A DNA stretch of 13,503 nucleotides from Planctomycetota bacterium (GTDB taxonomy: Bacteria > Planctomycetota > SZUA-567 > H5-PLA8), in contig BTVV01000151.1 in the NCBI GenBank assembly GCA_045863855.1, forward strand, positions 1 through 13,503. The letters run 5' to 3'. Within the stretch, counting starts at the first letter, position 1. Each line of letters begins with the position of its first letter. The translations under genes were made by a program, and so were the position numbers. Below the pieces are notes generated by a model. That model did no database searches and had not been told where the DNA came from. It was given only the letters and a program-made list of their open reading frames with translations. Shown here piece after piece: positions 1-7,136 of this stretch.

Positions 1-1135
1 GCAGCGTATTCAAACGGGCCTCGCGGCGCTTCACGAAGCGCCACGCCAGCACCGCCCAGACGCCCAGCGCCAGAAACGGAAAGCATCGAAACGGAAGGTT
101 CAATTCCGCGCGCGGCGCCCAAGCGTCCAGGCCCGTCCACGCCCAGCTCAGGCCGATGTACCCAATCAGTCCCAGCGAAGCGACGGGGATCGCCAAGCCC
201 CGCCGCAGGCCGGCGCGAATCTCCTCCCGCGCGCCCAAGCATCCCAAGCCGTAAACCCCAAGCGCCACCGCGAACAGCAGCGCCGCCGATACCCCCGCCG
301 CCGCGAGACTCGAAGCCGGATTGTCTAGCCCCATGTGTTGCCTGGAAAACGTGGCCATGCTTCCGCCGGAGAGCAGCGCGAACAGATTGTCCGCCAGCAG
401 CCCCCCGCCCACCTGCCACGCCAGCAGCCCATATCCCAGCCCCGCCGCGGCCAGCGCCGCCGCGTATCCGGCCGCATGCATCCGGCGCAGCCGGCCTCCC
501 AGGCCCCAACCCAGCACCGCGACGCCGTGCGCCAGCAGCAGCGCGAACGCGATCTCGAGCTTCGTCAAGAGCGCCAGCGCCAAGGCGCCCAGCGCCAGCG
601 CAAAATCGAGCGCCTTCCCATTGCGCGCGTGGCGTGCCAGAAAGTACACGCTGCTCAATGCCGCCAGAAACCCGTAGCTCGCCGAGTACGTGTACGGCAT
701 TACGAAATTGTGGTTTCCGGTCGTGACGTAGCTGCCGAACGCACAAAGGTACTGGAAGCCTAGCACCGCGCACGCCGCGCCCAAGCGGCCGGTGAACAGC
801 CGCGTCAGCCGGTACAGCACCCACGCGCTCAGGGCCGTTGCGGCAAGACCCAACGCGGCCAGCACGTTCAGGTGCGCGCCAAAAAGCTTGAACGCGCAAG
901 CGTTCACGTACGGCGCGAGCGGCCCGTAGTAGTAGCGTAGATCGGCGTAGAGCCGTTCGCCCTGTGCGAGGCGGCGGGGAATTTCGAACGCCTGACCGGT
1001 ATCGACGAGCGGGTCGCCGCAGCGTTCCCAGATCAGCCAGGCGTTATGCAGAAAAGCCAGTACCAGCACCGCGGCCGTGCCGAAGCGCGCGACGCGCACC
1101 CGAGTGCTCGAACCGGCCGCGGAGGCTTCGGACAT
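1..1135 (-). CDS. Polytopic membrane glycosyltransferase, GT-C fold (ArnT/PMT-like); 3' end runs off the window
   Basis: Absent from the ORF track because it has no stop in the window. I translated it from ATG at 1135 and found no in-frame stop down to base 2: MSEASAAGSSTRVRVARFGTAAVLVLAFLHNAWLIWERCGDPLVDTGQAFEIPRRLAQGERLYADLRYYYGPLAPYVNA... One TM helix is followed by a D-x-G...LYxD...YGPL-PY loop typical of GT-C enzymes, then many hydrophobic segments. Confidence 0.8.
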   Translation of the reverse strand, partial: MSEASAAGSSTRVRVARFGTAAVLVLAFLHNAWLIWERCGDPLVDTGQAFEIPRRLAQGERLYADLRYYYGPLAPYVNACAFKLFGAHLNVLAALGLAATALSAWVLYRLTRLFTGRLGAACAVLGFQYLCAFGSYVTTGNHNFVMPYTYSASYGFLAALSSVYFLARHARNGKALDFALALGALALALLTKLEIAFALLLAHGVAVLGWGLGGRLRRMHAAGYAAALAAAGLGYGLLAWQVGGGLLADNLFALLSGGSMATFSRQHMGLDNPASSLAAAGVSAALLFAVALGVYGLGCLGAREEIRAGLRRGLAIPVASLGLIGYIGLSWAWTGLDAWAPRAELNLPFRCFPFLALGVWAVLAWRFVKRREARLNTL

Positions 1136-1141
1136 GCCGGG

Positions 1142-1147
1142 ATTATA
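1142..1147 (-). promoter_or_regulatory. Consensus -10 box (TATAAT) 6 nt upstream of the glycosyltransferase ATG; probable leaderless promoter
   Basis: Minus strand reads TATAAT-CCCGGC-ATG, with no SD sequence in between. Confidence 0.55.
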
Positions 1148-1183
1148 GGAGCGCGCCGGTCTCCGCGCGCGGCGAAAGGCGCG

Positions 1184-2839
1184 CTACTTCTCCTCTTCTT
1201 TCGTGCCGAAGAGCCCGCCGATCCCCGGGATCTTCTTGATCAGCTTCTCGCCTTCGCGCACGCCCTGATCCACCGCCGCGCCCATGCCCTCCCCGAAGGT
1301 ATCCAGGATCCCGGTCGCCGCACCGGCGATCGCATCGCTAAATACTTCGAAGACGATCCCCGCGATCATGTCCGGAGGCTTCGGATCGGGATTCAAGAGC
1401 GTCCCCCGAATGCGGAACGTGCGCATCGGCTCGCCCGTCGCGGCTTTGGCGATGGCCTTTTTGACCGTCGCCGAGATGCCCTCGCCGGTCAGCTCCGTAT
1501 CTTTGCTGATCGTGATGCTGCCGTCCCAATTAAGCTTTCCGTTCGTCGTCGGGCCGGCGAACTCCGTCGACATCGTACCTTTCCGCACGCCCAGTTTGGC
1601 CGACTTCTCCACGCGGCTGTGGAACGGCCCCAGCGGAACGCCCGTCAGTTCGAACTTCTGGTCGAAGCTCAGCGTCGGCCACGAGCCTGTCACGTTCTTC
1701 CATTCGACCAACAGGTTTCCGTCGCCTTCGCTGCTCTTCGAAGGGCTGTAGATGCCCAGCGCGCCGGGGTTATCGGCCTTCGCCTCGCTGCCCGGTCCGA
1801 ACCCGATGCGCGTCATATCGATCTTGAAATCGCTGAAGCGGTGCCAGGCCAGATTCCCGTCGGCGTTGGGTCCGTCGAGTTGAATCGCCGACGCGTCGAG
1901 CTTGAAGTCCTCGACCACGACGCCCCCGTTGCCCAACTGCATCCCGGGCTGCCCGGGTTCTCCGGCCGGGGAGCGCAGGCACGCCGCGCGCGCCGTCTGG
2001 ATGCGCATCAGCGTGTCGGGATCGTTGGGGCCCAACAGCCGGTCGCGAATCTTCAACCCGTGCAAATGCGCGCCTTGAATGCGCATCGGCTCATCCAGCG
2101 AACCCGGAACCGCCAGCTTCGCTTTCGCGCCGGCCAGCTCGATGCCTTCTTCCAGCGGCGCGCCCGCCGCTTCGGGATGTTCGGCCGGTTTGGCGGGACT
2201 CAACGGCGATCGGATTGCCAGCTCTTCCAGTTCCACCACGAAGGTCGCGGGCTGCGGCAGCGCCTTTCCGGGCGCCGGCAGCGCGATGCCGTCCACGCCC
2301 AAATACCCCAGCGTCACCGCCACCGGTTCCGGCGTGTACTCGCTGTTCGGCGCCGTCAGCGCCTTGGGCGTGTGCATCGTCAGCTTGCCGTCGCGAATCC
2401 GCATGCTGTCGATATACATCGGTGTCTCGCGCTTGCCCTTGGGCATGCCGGCCAAGAAGGCTTCGAGTGTCGAGGCGCCCTTTGAATCGCAGGCTACCTG
2501 AATATCGGCATCGTCGATCGTCAGGCTCTTGACGCGCATCTCCGTCCCCTGCAGCGTCGCCCAACTGACCGTCGCGTGCAGCGTCGGGATCGTGGCAAAG
2601 GGCTTCCCGCCCGTCAGCGCCGAGGCCTCCCCGACCTGCAGATCGCTCAACGTCGCGCCCATCGAAAGGATCGAGATCGAGAGCCCGCCCAGCTTCGCGG
2701 GAGCGCCCACCGATTCGGAAATCTTCTTTTCCACCGTCTCCCGGTACATCGAGCCCAGCACGAACGGCACGATCAGGAGGAACAACAACAACACGACCGC
2801 CAACCCTAACGCAATCTTTCGACCGGTGCTCATGGCCAT
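1184..2839 (-). CDS. AsmA-like / DUF748-like membrane-anchored envelope protein
   Basis: 551 aa with an N-terminal basic plus hydrophobic anchor, then ETVEKKISESVGAPAKLGGLSISILSMGATLSDLQVG, which resembles the AsmA/Chorein-N start. It has amphipathic beta-strand patterns and a C-terminal FRIRGTLLNP plus amphipathic helices. The start could be 2833. Confidence 0.7.
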   Translation of the reverse strand: MAMSTGRKIALGLAVVLLLFLLIVPFVLGSMYRETVEKKISESVGAPAKLGGLSISILSMGATLSDLQVGEASALTGGKPFATIPTLHATVSWATLQGTEMRVKSLTIDDADIQVACDSKGASTLEAFLAGMPKGKRETPMYIDSMRIRDGKLTMHTPKALTAPNSEYTPEPVAVTLGYLGVDGIALPAPGKALPQPATFVVELEELAIRSPLSPAKPAEHPEAAGAPLEEGIELAGAKAKLAVPGSLDEPMRIQGAHLHGLKIRDRLLGPNDPDTLMRIQTARAACLRSPAGEPGQPGMQLGNGGVVVEDFKLDASAIQLDGPNADGNLAWHRFSDFKIDMTRIGFGPGSEAKADNPGALGIYSPSKSSEGDGNLLVEWKNVTGSWPTLSFDQKFELTGVPLGPFHSRVEKSAKLGVRKGTMSTEFAGPTTNGKLNWDGSITISKDTELTGEGISATVKKAIAKAATGEPMRTFRIRGTLLNPDPKPPDMIAGIVFEVFSDAIAGAATGILDTFGEGMGAAVDQGVREGEKLIKKIPGIGGLFGTKEEEK

Positions 2840-2860
2840 GGCGACACCCTCGTTCGGCTA

Positions 2861-3148
2861 ACCCATCCGACGCCTGCGCGATTTCGTGCATTCAGCCGTG
2901 CGCGCGCATTGCTTGAATAGGTGACGCGATAAGCCTAGCCGATCCCCGAAATGTTTGCACGAGTGCTCTAGCGGGACAAAAAGGGCCTCCAACTCCCGCT
3001 CGGAGGTGGTAAGCGTCGGCGGGTCGAGTAAATAGGAATCCGTAGCCGGAGTTTCGGCCCTAACTCCAAAGGCCGGAACGAATAGGACCGGATTTAAAAC
3101 GTCTCCCGGTCAACGGGACGAAGGTAGACGCGACTACGGCGGAGGGGC
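2861..3148 (+). ncRNA. Candidate structured RNA or cis-regulatory leader of unknown family
   Basis: Three consecutive H-type pseudoknot-compatible segments (2970-3007, 3048-3076, 3086-3120) plus long-range helices, found by eye. No known family recognised. Confidence 0.25.
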
Positions 3149-3152
3149 TCAC

Positions 3153-3605
3153 ATGCGGCAGGCGGCGGCGAGTTTGGCGGCGGTGGGGTTGCTGGTGACG
3201 GGTGCGCTGGTGGTGACCGCCGGTCCGGCGGAGGCACAGCGTAAGTTCCTCGAGCGCGTGCGCCGAGATTACATGCTCCATCCACGCGAGATCGGCAAGT
3301 GCGACCTGTGCCATAAGCTGGGGCCGAAGGAAGACCCCACGCGCGAGAACATCAACGAGTTCGGAAAAGCCATCCAGAACCACGCCGACTTCAAGCCGCT
3401 GGCCGGCAAATCCGATGAATACAAGTTCACCAAGGAGGAACTGGACCTCCTGCAGAAGATCGTGGTCTCGCTCGAAAGCCAGGACACCGACGGCGACGGC
3501 GCCACCAATAAGGAAGAACTGGAACTCTCCACCTTCCCCGGCGACGCCGCCAGCAAGCCCGATCCCAAGAAACTCGAAGACTTCCGCGCCAAGAATAAGA
3601 AGTAA
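3153..3605 (+). CDS. Secreted c-type cytochrome-like protein (single CxxCH) with a C-terminal DxDGDG Ca-binding-like motif
   Basis: GGAGG SD at 3141-3145; signal peptide ending in AEA; CDLCH at 3300-3314; DTDGDGATNKEE...TFPGD motif; followed by a terminator. Confidence 0.8.
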   Translation: MRQAAASLAAVGLLVTGALVVTAGPAEAQRKFLERVRRDYMLHPREIGKCDLCHKLGPKEDPTRENINEFGKAIQNHADFKPLAGKSDEYKFTKEELDLLQKIVVSLESQDTDGDGATNKEELELSTFPGDAASKPDPKKLEDFRAKNKK

Positions 3606-3628
3606 ACTTGCGCCGAACGCTTAGAAAC

Positions 3629-3660
3629 AAAAAGCGCGAGCTTCACTCGCGCTTTTTTTT
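3629..3660. terminator. Bidirectional intrinsic terminator
   Basis: AAAAAGCGCGAG-CTTCA-CTCGCGCTTTTTTTT lies between convergent genes, with a T-tract on both strands. Confidence 0.9.
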
Positions 3661-3669
3661 GAGCCGTTC

Positions 3670-3693
3670 AATCCGAAATCCAAAATCGAAAAT
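3670..3693. repeat. Short degenerate heptamer tandem repeat (about 3.4 units)
   Basis: AATCCGA-AATCCAA-AATCGAA-AAT. Confidence 0.65.
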
Positions 3694-3694
3694 G

Positions 3695-4354
3695 CTAATA
3701 CCCCCGCTCGCGCAGCCACTCCTCGGTGATTTTGCTCTTGGCCTCGGGCGCCAGCCCGCGCGCGGCCAGCATCGCCAGCACGTACTTGCCCAATAGATCG
3801 GTCTCCACGTTCACGCGCGCGCCGTCCCCGCGTTCGGCCAGCGTCGTCCGCGCCAGCGTTTCGGGAATCAGCGCGACCCAGAACGCGCCCTTGCCGTCGG
3901 CGCCGGCCACGGTGAGCGAGATGCCGTCGAGCGCGATGCTGCCCTTTTCGACGATCTGCGGCGCCAACTCGGGCTGCTCCAGCGCGAAATGCCACTCGGC
4001 CCAACGCCCGCCGGTCACGCTCTTGGCCACCCGCGCCGTGCCGTCGATGTGCCCCTGGACGAAGTGCCCGCCCAGGCGCTGCCCCGGCAGCAGCGCGCGC
4101 TCCAGGTTCACGCGGCTCCCGGCTTTCAGTTCGCCCAGCGCCGTGCGCCGCAGCGTCTCCGGCACCGCATCGAAGCTCGCGTGCGAACCGGCCAGCGTCA
4201 CCACCGTCAGGCAGCAGCCGTTCACGGCGATCGAATCGCCCAGCTTGGTGCCCTCGGCCAGCGGGCCGATCTCCAATTCGACGCGCGCCTCGCCGCCGGG
4301 CTGCGGAGCGAGTCCCAAAACCGTCCCCACGTGTTCGATCAATCCGGTAAACAT
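3695..4354 (-). CDS. ribE: Riboflavin synthase (alpha chain)
   Basis: Begins with the invariant MFTGLIE; contains GDSIAVNGCCLTV, VNLERAL, RLGGHFVQGHIDG, KGSIALDGISLTV and VNVETD. The start is ATG at 4354 rather than 4480. Named ribC in E. coli. Confidence 0.97.
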   Translation of the reverse strand: MFTGLIEHVGTVLGLAPQPGGEARVELEIGPLAEGTKLGDSIAVNGCCLTVVTLAGSHASFDAVPETLRRTALGELKAGSRVNLERALLPGQRLGGHFVQGHIDGTARVAKSVTGGRWAEWHFALEQPELAPQIVEKGSIALDGISLTVAGADGKGAFWVALIPETLARTTLAERGDGARVNVETDLLGKYVLAMLAARGLAPEAKSKITEEWLRERGY

Positions 4355-4362
4355 GCTTCGCC

Positions 4363-5811
4363 TCAAGCCTGCTCGTTCAGGATGCCGGGGCCGAACGGAG
4401 CGACGCGCAGAATCGGGTACTGCGAATTCCACAAGCTCTTGTCGCCCGTCTCGCGCACGCGCTGCCAGAAGAGCCGGCACATGCGTTTGAGCGTCACGCG
4501 ATGCGCGTCGTTTTCCGCCAGGTTGCGCAGCTCATACGGATCGGCGGCCAAGTCGTACAGTTCGTCGAAGTCGAAACCGTTAAAGACGTACTTCCAGTTC
4601 CCGTCCCAGACGATCCGCTGCGTCAGGATCATCCGCCCGCCGAAGTATTCGGCGTAGCCCTGTTCGAAGGACTGCTCGGCGGCCTGGGGTTCGCGCAGGA
4701 CGCGCGCGAAGCTCCGTCCGTCCGGAACCGCCGGCAGCGCCACCGCGCCGCACAGTTCCACCAGCGTCGGCGCGCATTCGTGCAATCCCACCCGCGCCGA
4801 ACTCGTCGCGCCGCGCGCCACGCCGGGGCCCGCCACGAGCATCGGGATCGCGTAGACTTCCTCCGCACCGGTGAAGTTCTTGCAATACAGTCCGTGCGCG
4901 CCCAGCAGTTCGCCGTGGTCGCTGGTCAGGACCACGAGCGTATTCTCTTCCTGGCCCAGTTCCTTCAGGCGCTTAAGGATGCGTCCGTACTGCGCGTCGA
5001 TCTCGGTGATGCTCGCGTAATAGCACGCCATCGCTTCCTTGCGCTCGCGGTCGGTCAGGTCGCTCCAAACACGCGCGGCCTTCCGGTAGATCCCCGGCCG
5101 TCCGGCCAGATCGTCGTGCACGTTCGGCGGCAGTTCCAGCGCGTCTACGTCGTACCGCGCGAATGCTTCCGCGCCGCAGACGAACGGATCGTGCGGCTCG
5201 GTGAGGCTCGCGAAGCAGCACCACGGGCCGCTTTCCCGCGCCGCGCGCTCGATGAACTCCAGCGCCAGCGCCGTCGTCACGCCCATCCCGCGCCGCTCCG
5301 GCGCCACGGACGTGACCTGGTAGAAAAGACCCGCGCTATAGCCTTCCGGGAGATCGACCTTCCGTTCGAGCGCCACGCGCGCCGCGGAACCGTCGTTCAA
5401 TTCCGCCTGCTTGGCCTTCCAGCGCGCATCGCCATGCAGGGCCTGCTCCCGCCAACCGAAGCGCGTCAGGTCTTCGCTGCGTTCGACGTGCCACTTGCCG
5501 AAGTAGCCCGTACGGTACCCGGCCGCGTCGAGCCGCTGCGCCCAGTGCGGCTTATCGGTCCGCAGCACCGACTGGTCGTCGTCGACCGTATGCGTGACCG
5601 TCAGGACCCCGTGGTTGTGGGGCAAGAGGCCCGTCATCAGGCTCGCTCGCGCCGGCGAACAGATCGCATTGGGTGTGTACGCGCGCGTGAAGCGCACGCC
5701 GCGCGCGGCCAGCGCGTCGAAGTTCGGCGTCAGGCACGGATGCCCGGGCTCCAGCACGCGCGCCTGCATCTGGTCGACCATGAGAAAGAGGACGTTGGGG
5801 CGCGCGGGCAT
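4363..5811 (-). CDS. Formylglycine-dependent sulfatase family protein (choline-sulfatase-like), no signal peptide
   Basis: RPNVLFLMVDQ, TPNFDALAARG, CSPARASLMTG (CxPxR), GYFGKWH, EPHDP, LTSDHGELLGAHG and ELYDLAADPYE motifs. ATG at 5811 is preceded by GGAG; the ORF-track TTG start at 5823 is less likely. Confidence 0.93.
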   Translation of the reverse strand: MPARPNVLFLMVDQMQARVLEPGHPCLTPNFDALAARGVRFTRAYTPNAICSPARASLMTGLLPHNHGVLTVTHTVDDDQSVLRTDKPHWAQRLDAAGYRTGYFGKWHVERSEDLTRFGWREQALHGDARWKAKQAELNDGSAARVALERKVDLPEGYSAGLFYQVTSVAPERRGMGVTTALALEFIERAARESGPWCCFASLTEPHDPFVCGAEAFARYDVDALELPPNVHDDLAGRPGIYRKAARVWSDLTDRERKEAMACYYASITEIDAQYGRILKRLKELGQEENTLVVLTSDHGELLGAHGLYCKNFTGAEEVYAIPMLVAGPGVARGATSSARVGLHECAPTLVELCGAVALPAVPDGRSFARVLREPQAAEQSFEQGYAEYFGGRMILTQRIVWDGNWKYVFNGFDFDELYDLAADPYELRNLAENDAHRVTLKRMCRLFWQRVRETGDKSLWNSQYPILRVAPFGPGILNEQA

Positions 5812-5907
5812 CGAAGGCTCCAAGAGTGCGATTCGCAGACGTCAGGCACTGGAAATACTAACGCAATTCGAGCGCTTCGCATCCTGGGATCGGCGGAACA
5901 GAATCGC

Positions 5908-7056
5908 CTAGTCGCCCGCCGCCAGCCACGCCCAATCGCCCAGCCGCCCTTCGATCAGCACATCCTGCTCCACCTGCCGCACCCCGGTAACCTGCATATC
6001 CAGGCTCTCCGAAACCCGGTCCACGCCGCGCCCACGCACCGCGGTCACCCCGTCGCGCCCGCCGACGATCTTCGGCGCGACGAAAACCGCCACCCGGTCC
6101 ACCAAACGCGCATCGAGGAAGCTGCCCAGCACTTCCGAGCCGCCTTCGACGAAGACCGAAAGCGCCCCCGCGTCGGCGAGATGCTCCAGGGCCGCGCGGA
6201 CCGGAAGCAGCGGCTGCCCGCCCTCGTTCGCTTCGGGCGGAACTTCCACCACTTGTGCGCCTTTATCCTCCAGCGCCTTGCGCCGGTCGGCCGGCGCGTC
6301 TGGCGTGACGAAGATCACGATCGGACCGCCGCCTTCGGCCGTCCACAGCGGAGCGTCCAGCGGCGTGCGCGCCATCGAATCGAGGATCACGCGCCGCGGC
6401 TGCCACGCGGGCTCGCCCTGGTCGGGCAGGCCCAGGCGCACCGTCAGCAGCGGCGCATCGGTCAGCACCGTCCCGATGCCCACCAGAATCGCGTCGTGCT
6501 CGCCGCGCAGGCGATGCGCTTCCGCGCGCGCCGCGGGGCTGGTGATCCACTTGCTGTCTCCGCGCGCCGTGGCGATCTTGCCGTCGGCCGTCATCGCCCA
6601 CTTCGCCGTCACCAGCGGGAGTTTCGTGCGCATGCGCTTGAAGAACGGCGCGTTGGCTTCGCGGCATGCCTTCTCCAGCACGCCGCTTACCACCTCGATC
6701 CCCTTGGCCTGCAACGCGTCCAGCCCGCGCTTCGATTTGGGGTTCGGATCCAGGCAGCCCAGCACCACGCGCGCGATGCCCGCCTTGGCGATGGCCTCCG
6801 TGCAGGGCGGCGTCTTGCCGTAGTGGTTGCAAGGTTCGAGCGTCACGTAGAGCGTGCCGCCGCGCGCGCGCGCGCCGGCTTCGTGCAGCGCCTCCAGCTC
6901 CGCGTGCGCCGCGCCGTAGCGACGGTGGAACCCGCGCCCGACGACCCCGTCGCCGTTCACCACCACCGCGCCGACCACCGGATTGGGACTCGTCCAGCCG
7001 CGCCCGCGCTGCGCGAGTTCCAGGGCTTCTTCGAGAAACGGGCGATGCAGGGTCAT
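5908..7056 (-). CDS. ribD: Bifunctional diaminohydroxyphosphoribosylaminopyrimidine deaminase / 5-amino-6-(5-phosphoribosylamino)uracil reductase
   Basis: TSPNPVVGAV, HAE and TLEPCNHYGKTPPC zinc-deaminase motifs; KWAMTADGKIA, SKWIT and VEGG reductase motifs. Confidence 0.97.
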   Translation of the reverse strand: MTLHRPFLEEALELAQRGRGWTSPNPVVGAVVVNGDGVVGRGFHRRYGAAHAELEALHEAGARARGGTLYVTLEPCNHYGKTPPCTEAIAKAGIARVVLGCLDPNPKSKRGLDALQAKGIEVVSGVLEKACREANAPFFKRMRTKLPLVTAKWAMTADGKIATARGDSKWITSPAARAEAHRLRGEHDAILVGIGTVLTDAPLLTVRLGLPDQGEPAWQPRRVILDSMARTPLDAPLWTAEGGGPIVIFVTPDAPADRRKALEDKGAQVVEVPPEANEGGQPLLPVRAALEHLADAGALSVFVEGGSEVLGSFLDARLVDRVAVFVAPKIVGGRDGVTAVRGRGVDRVSESLDMQVTGVRQVEQDVLIEGRLGDWAWLAAGD

Positions 7057-7136
7057 GATGAGGGCAGCTTCTCCGGCTCGGGCGACGCGCCATCAGGATC
7101 GATTGAATGTAGTATCGGTTCCGTATCAGTAGAACT

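Noticed and set aside
321..763. Plus-strand ORFs 321-677 and 335-763
   Set aside because: Antisense to the membrane glycosyltransferase frame.
2840..3152. Known RNA families: cobalamin, Moco and c-di-GMP riboswitches, twister, SRP RNA, RNase P, tmRNA body
   Set aside because: Only fragmentary resemblances (AATAGGAATCCG, CTCCGAGC, TAA...GAGGG); the defining conserved cores were not found by eye.
5812..5907. FMN riboswitch ahead of the rib genes (also checked 7057-7136 and 11143-11266)
   Set aside because: The spacers are short and lack the conserved AGGGCGGGGTGAAATTCCC-type core.
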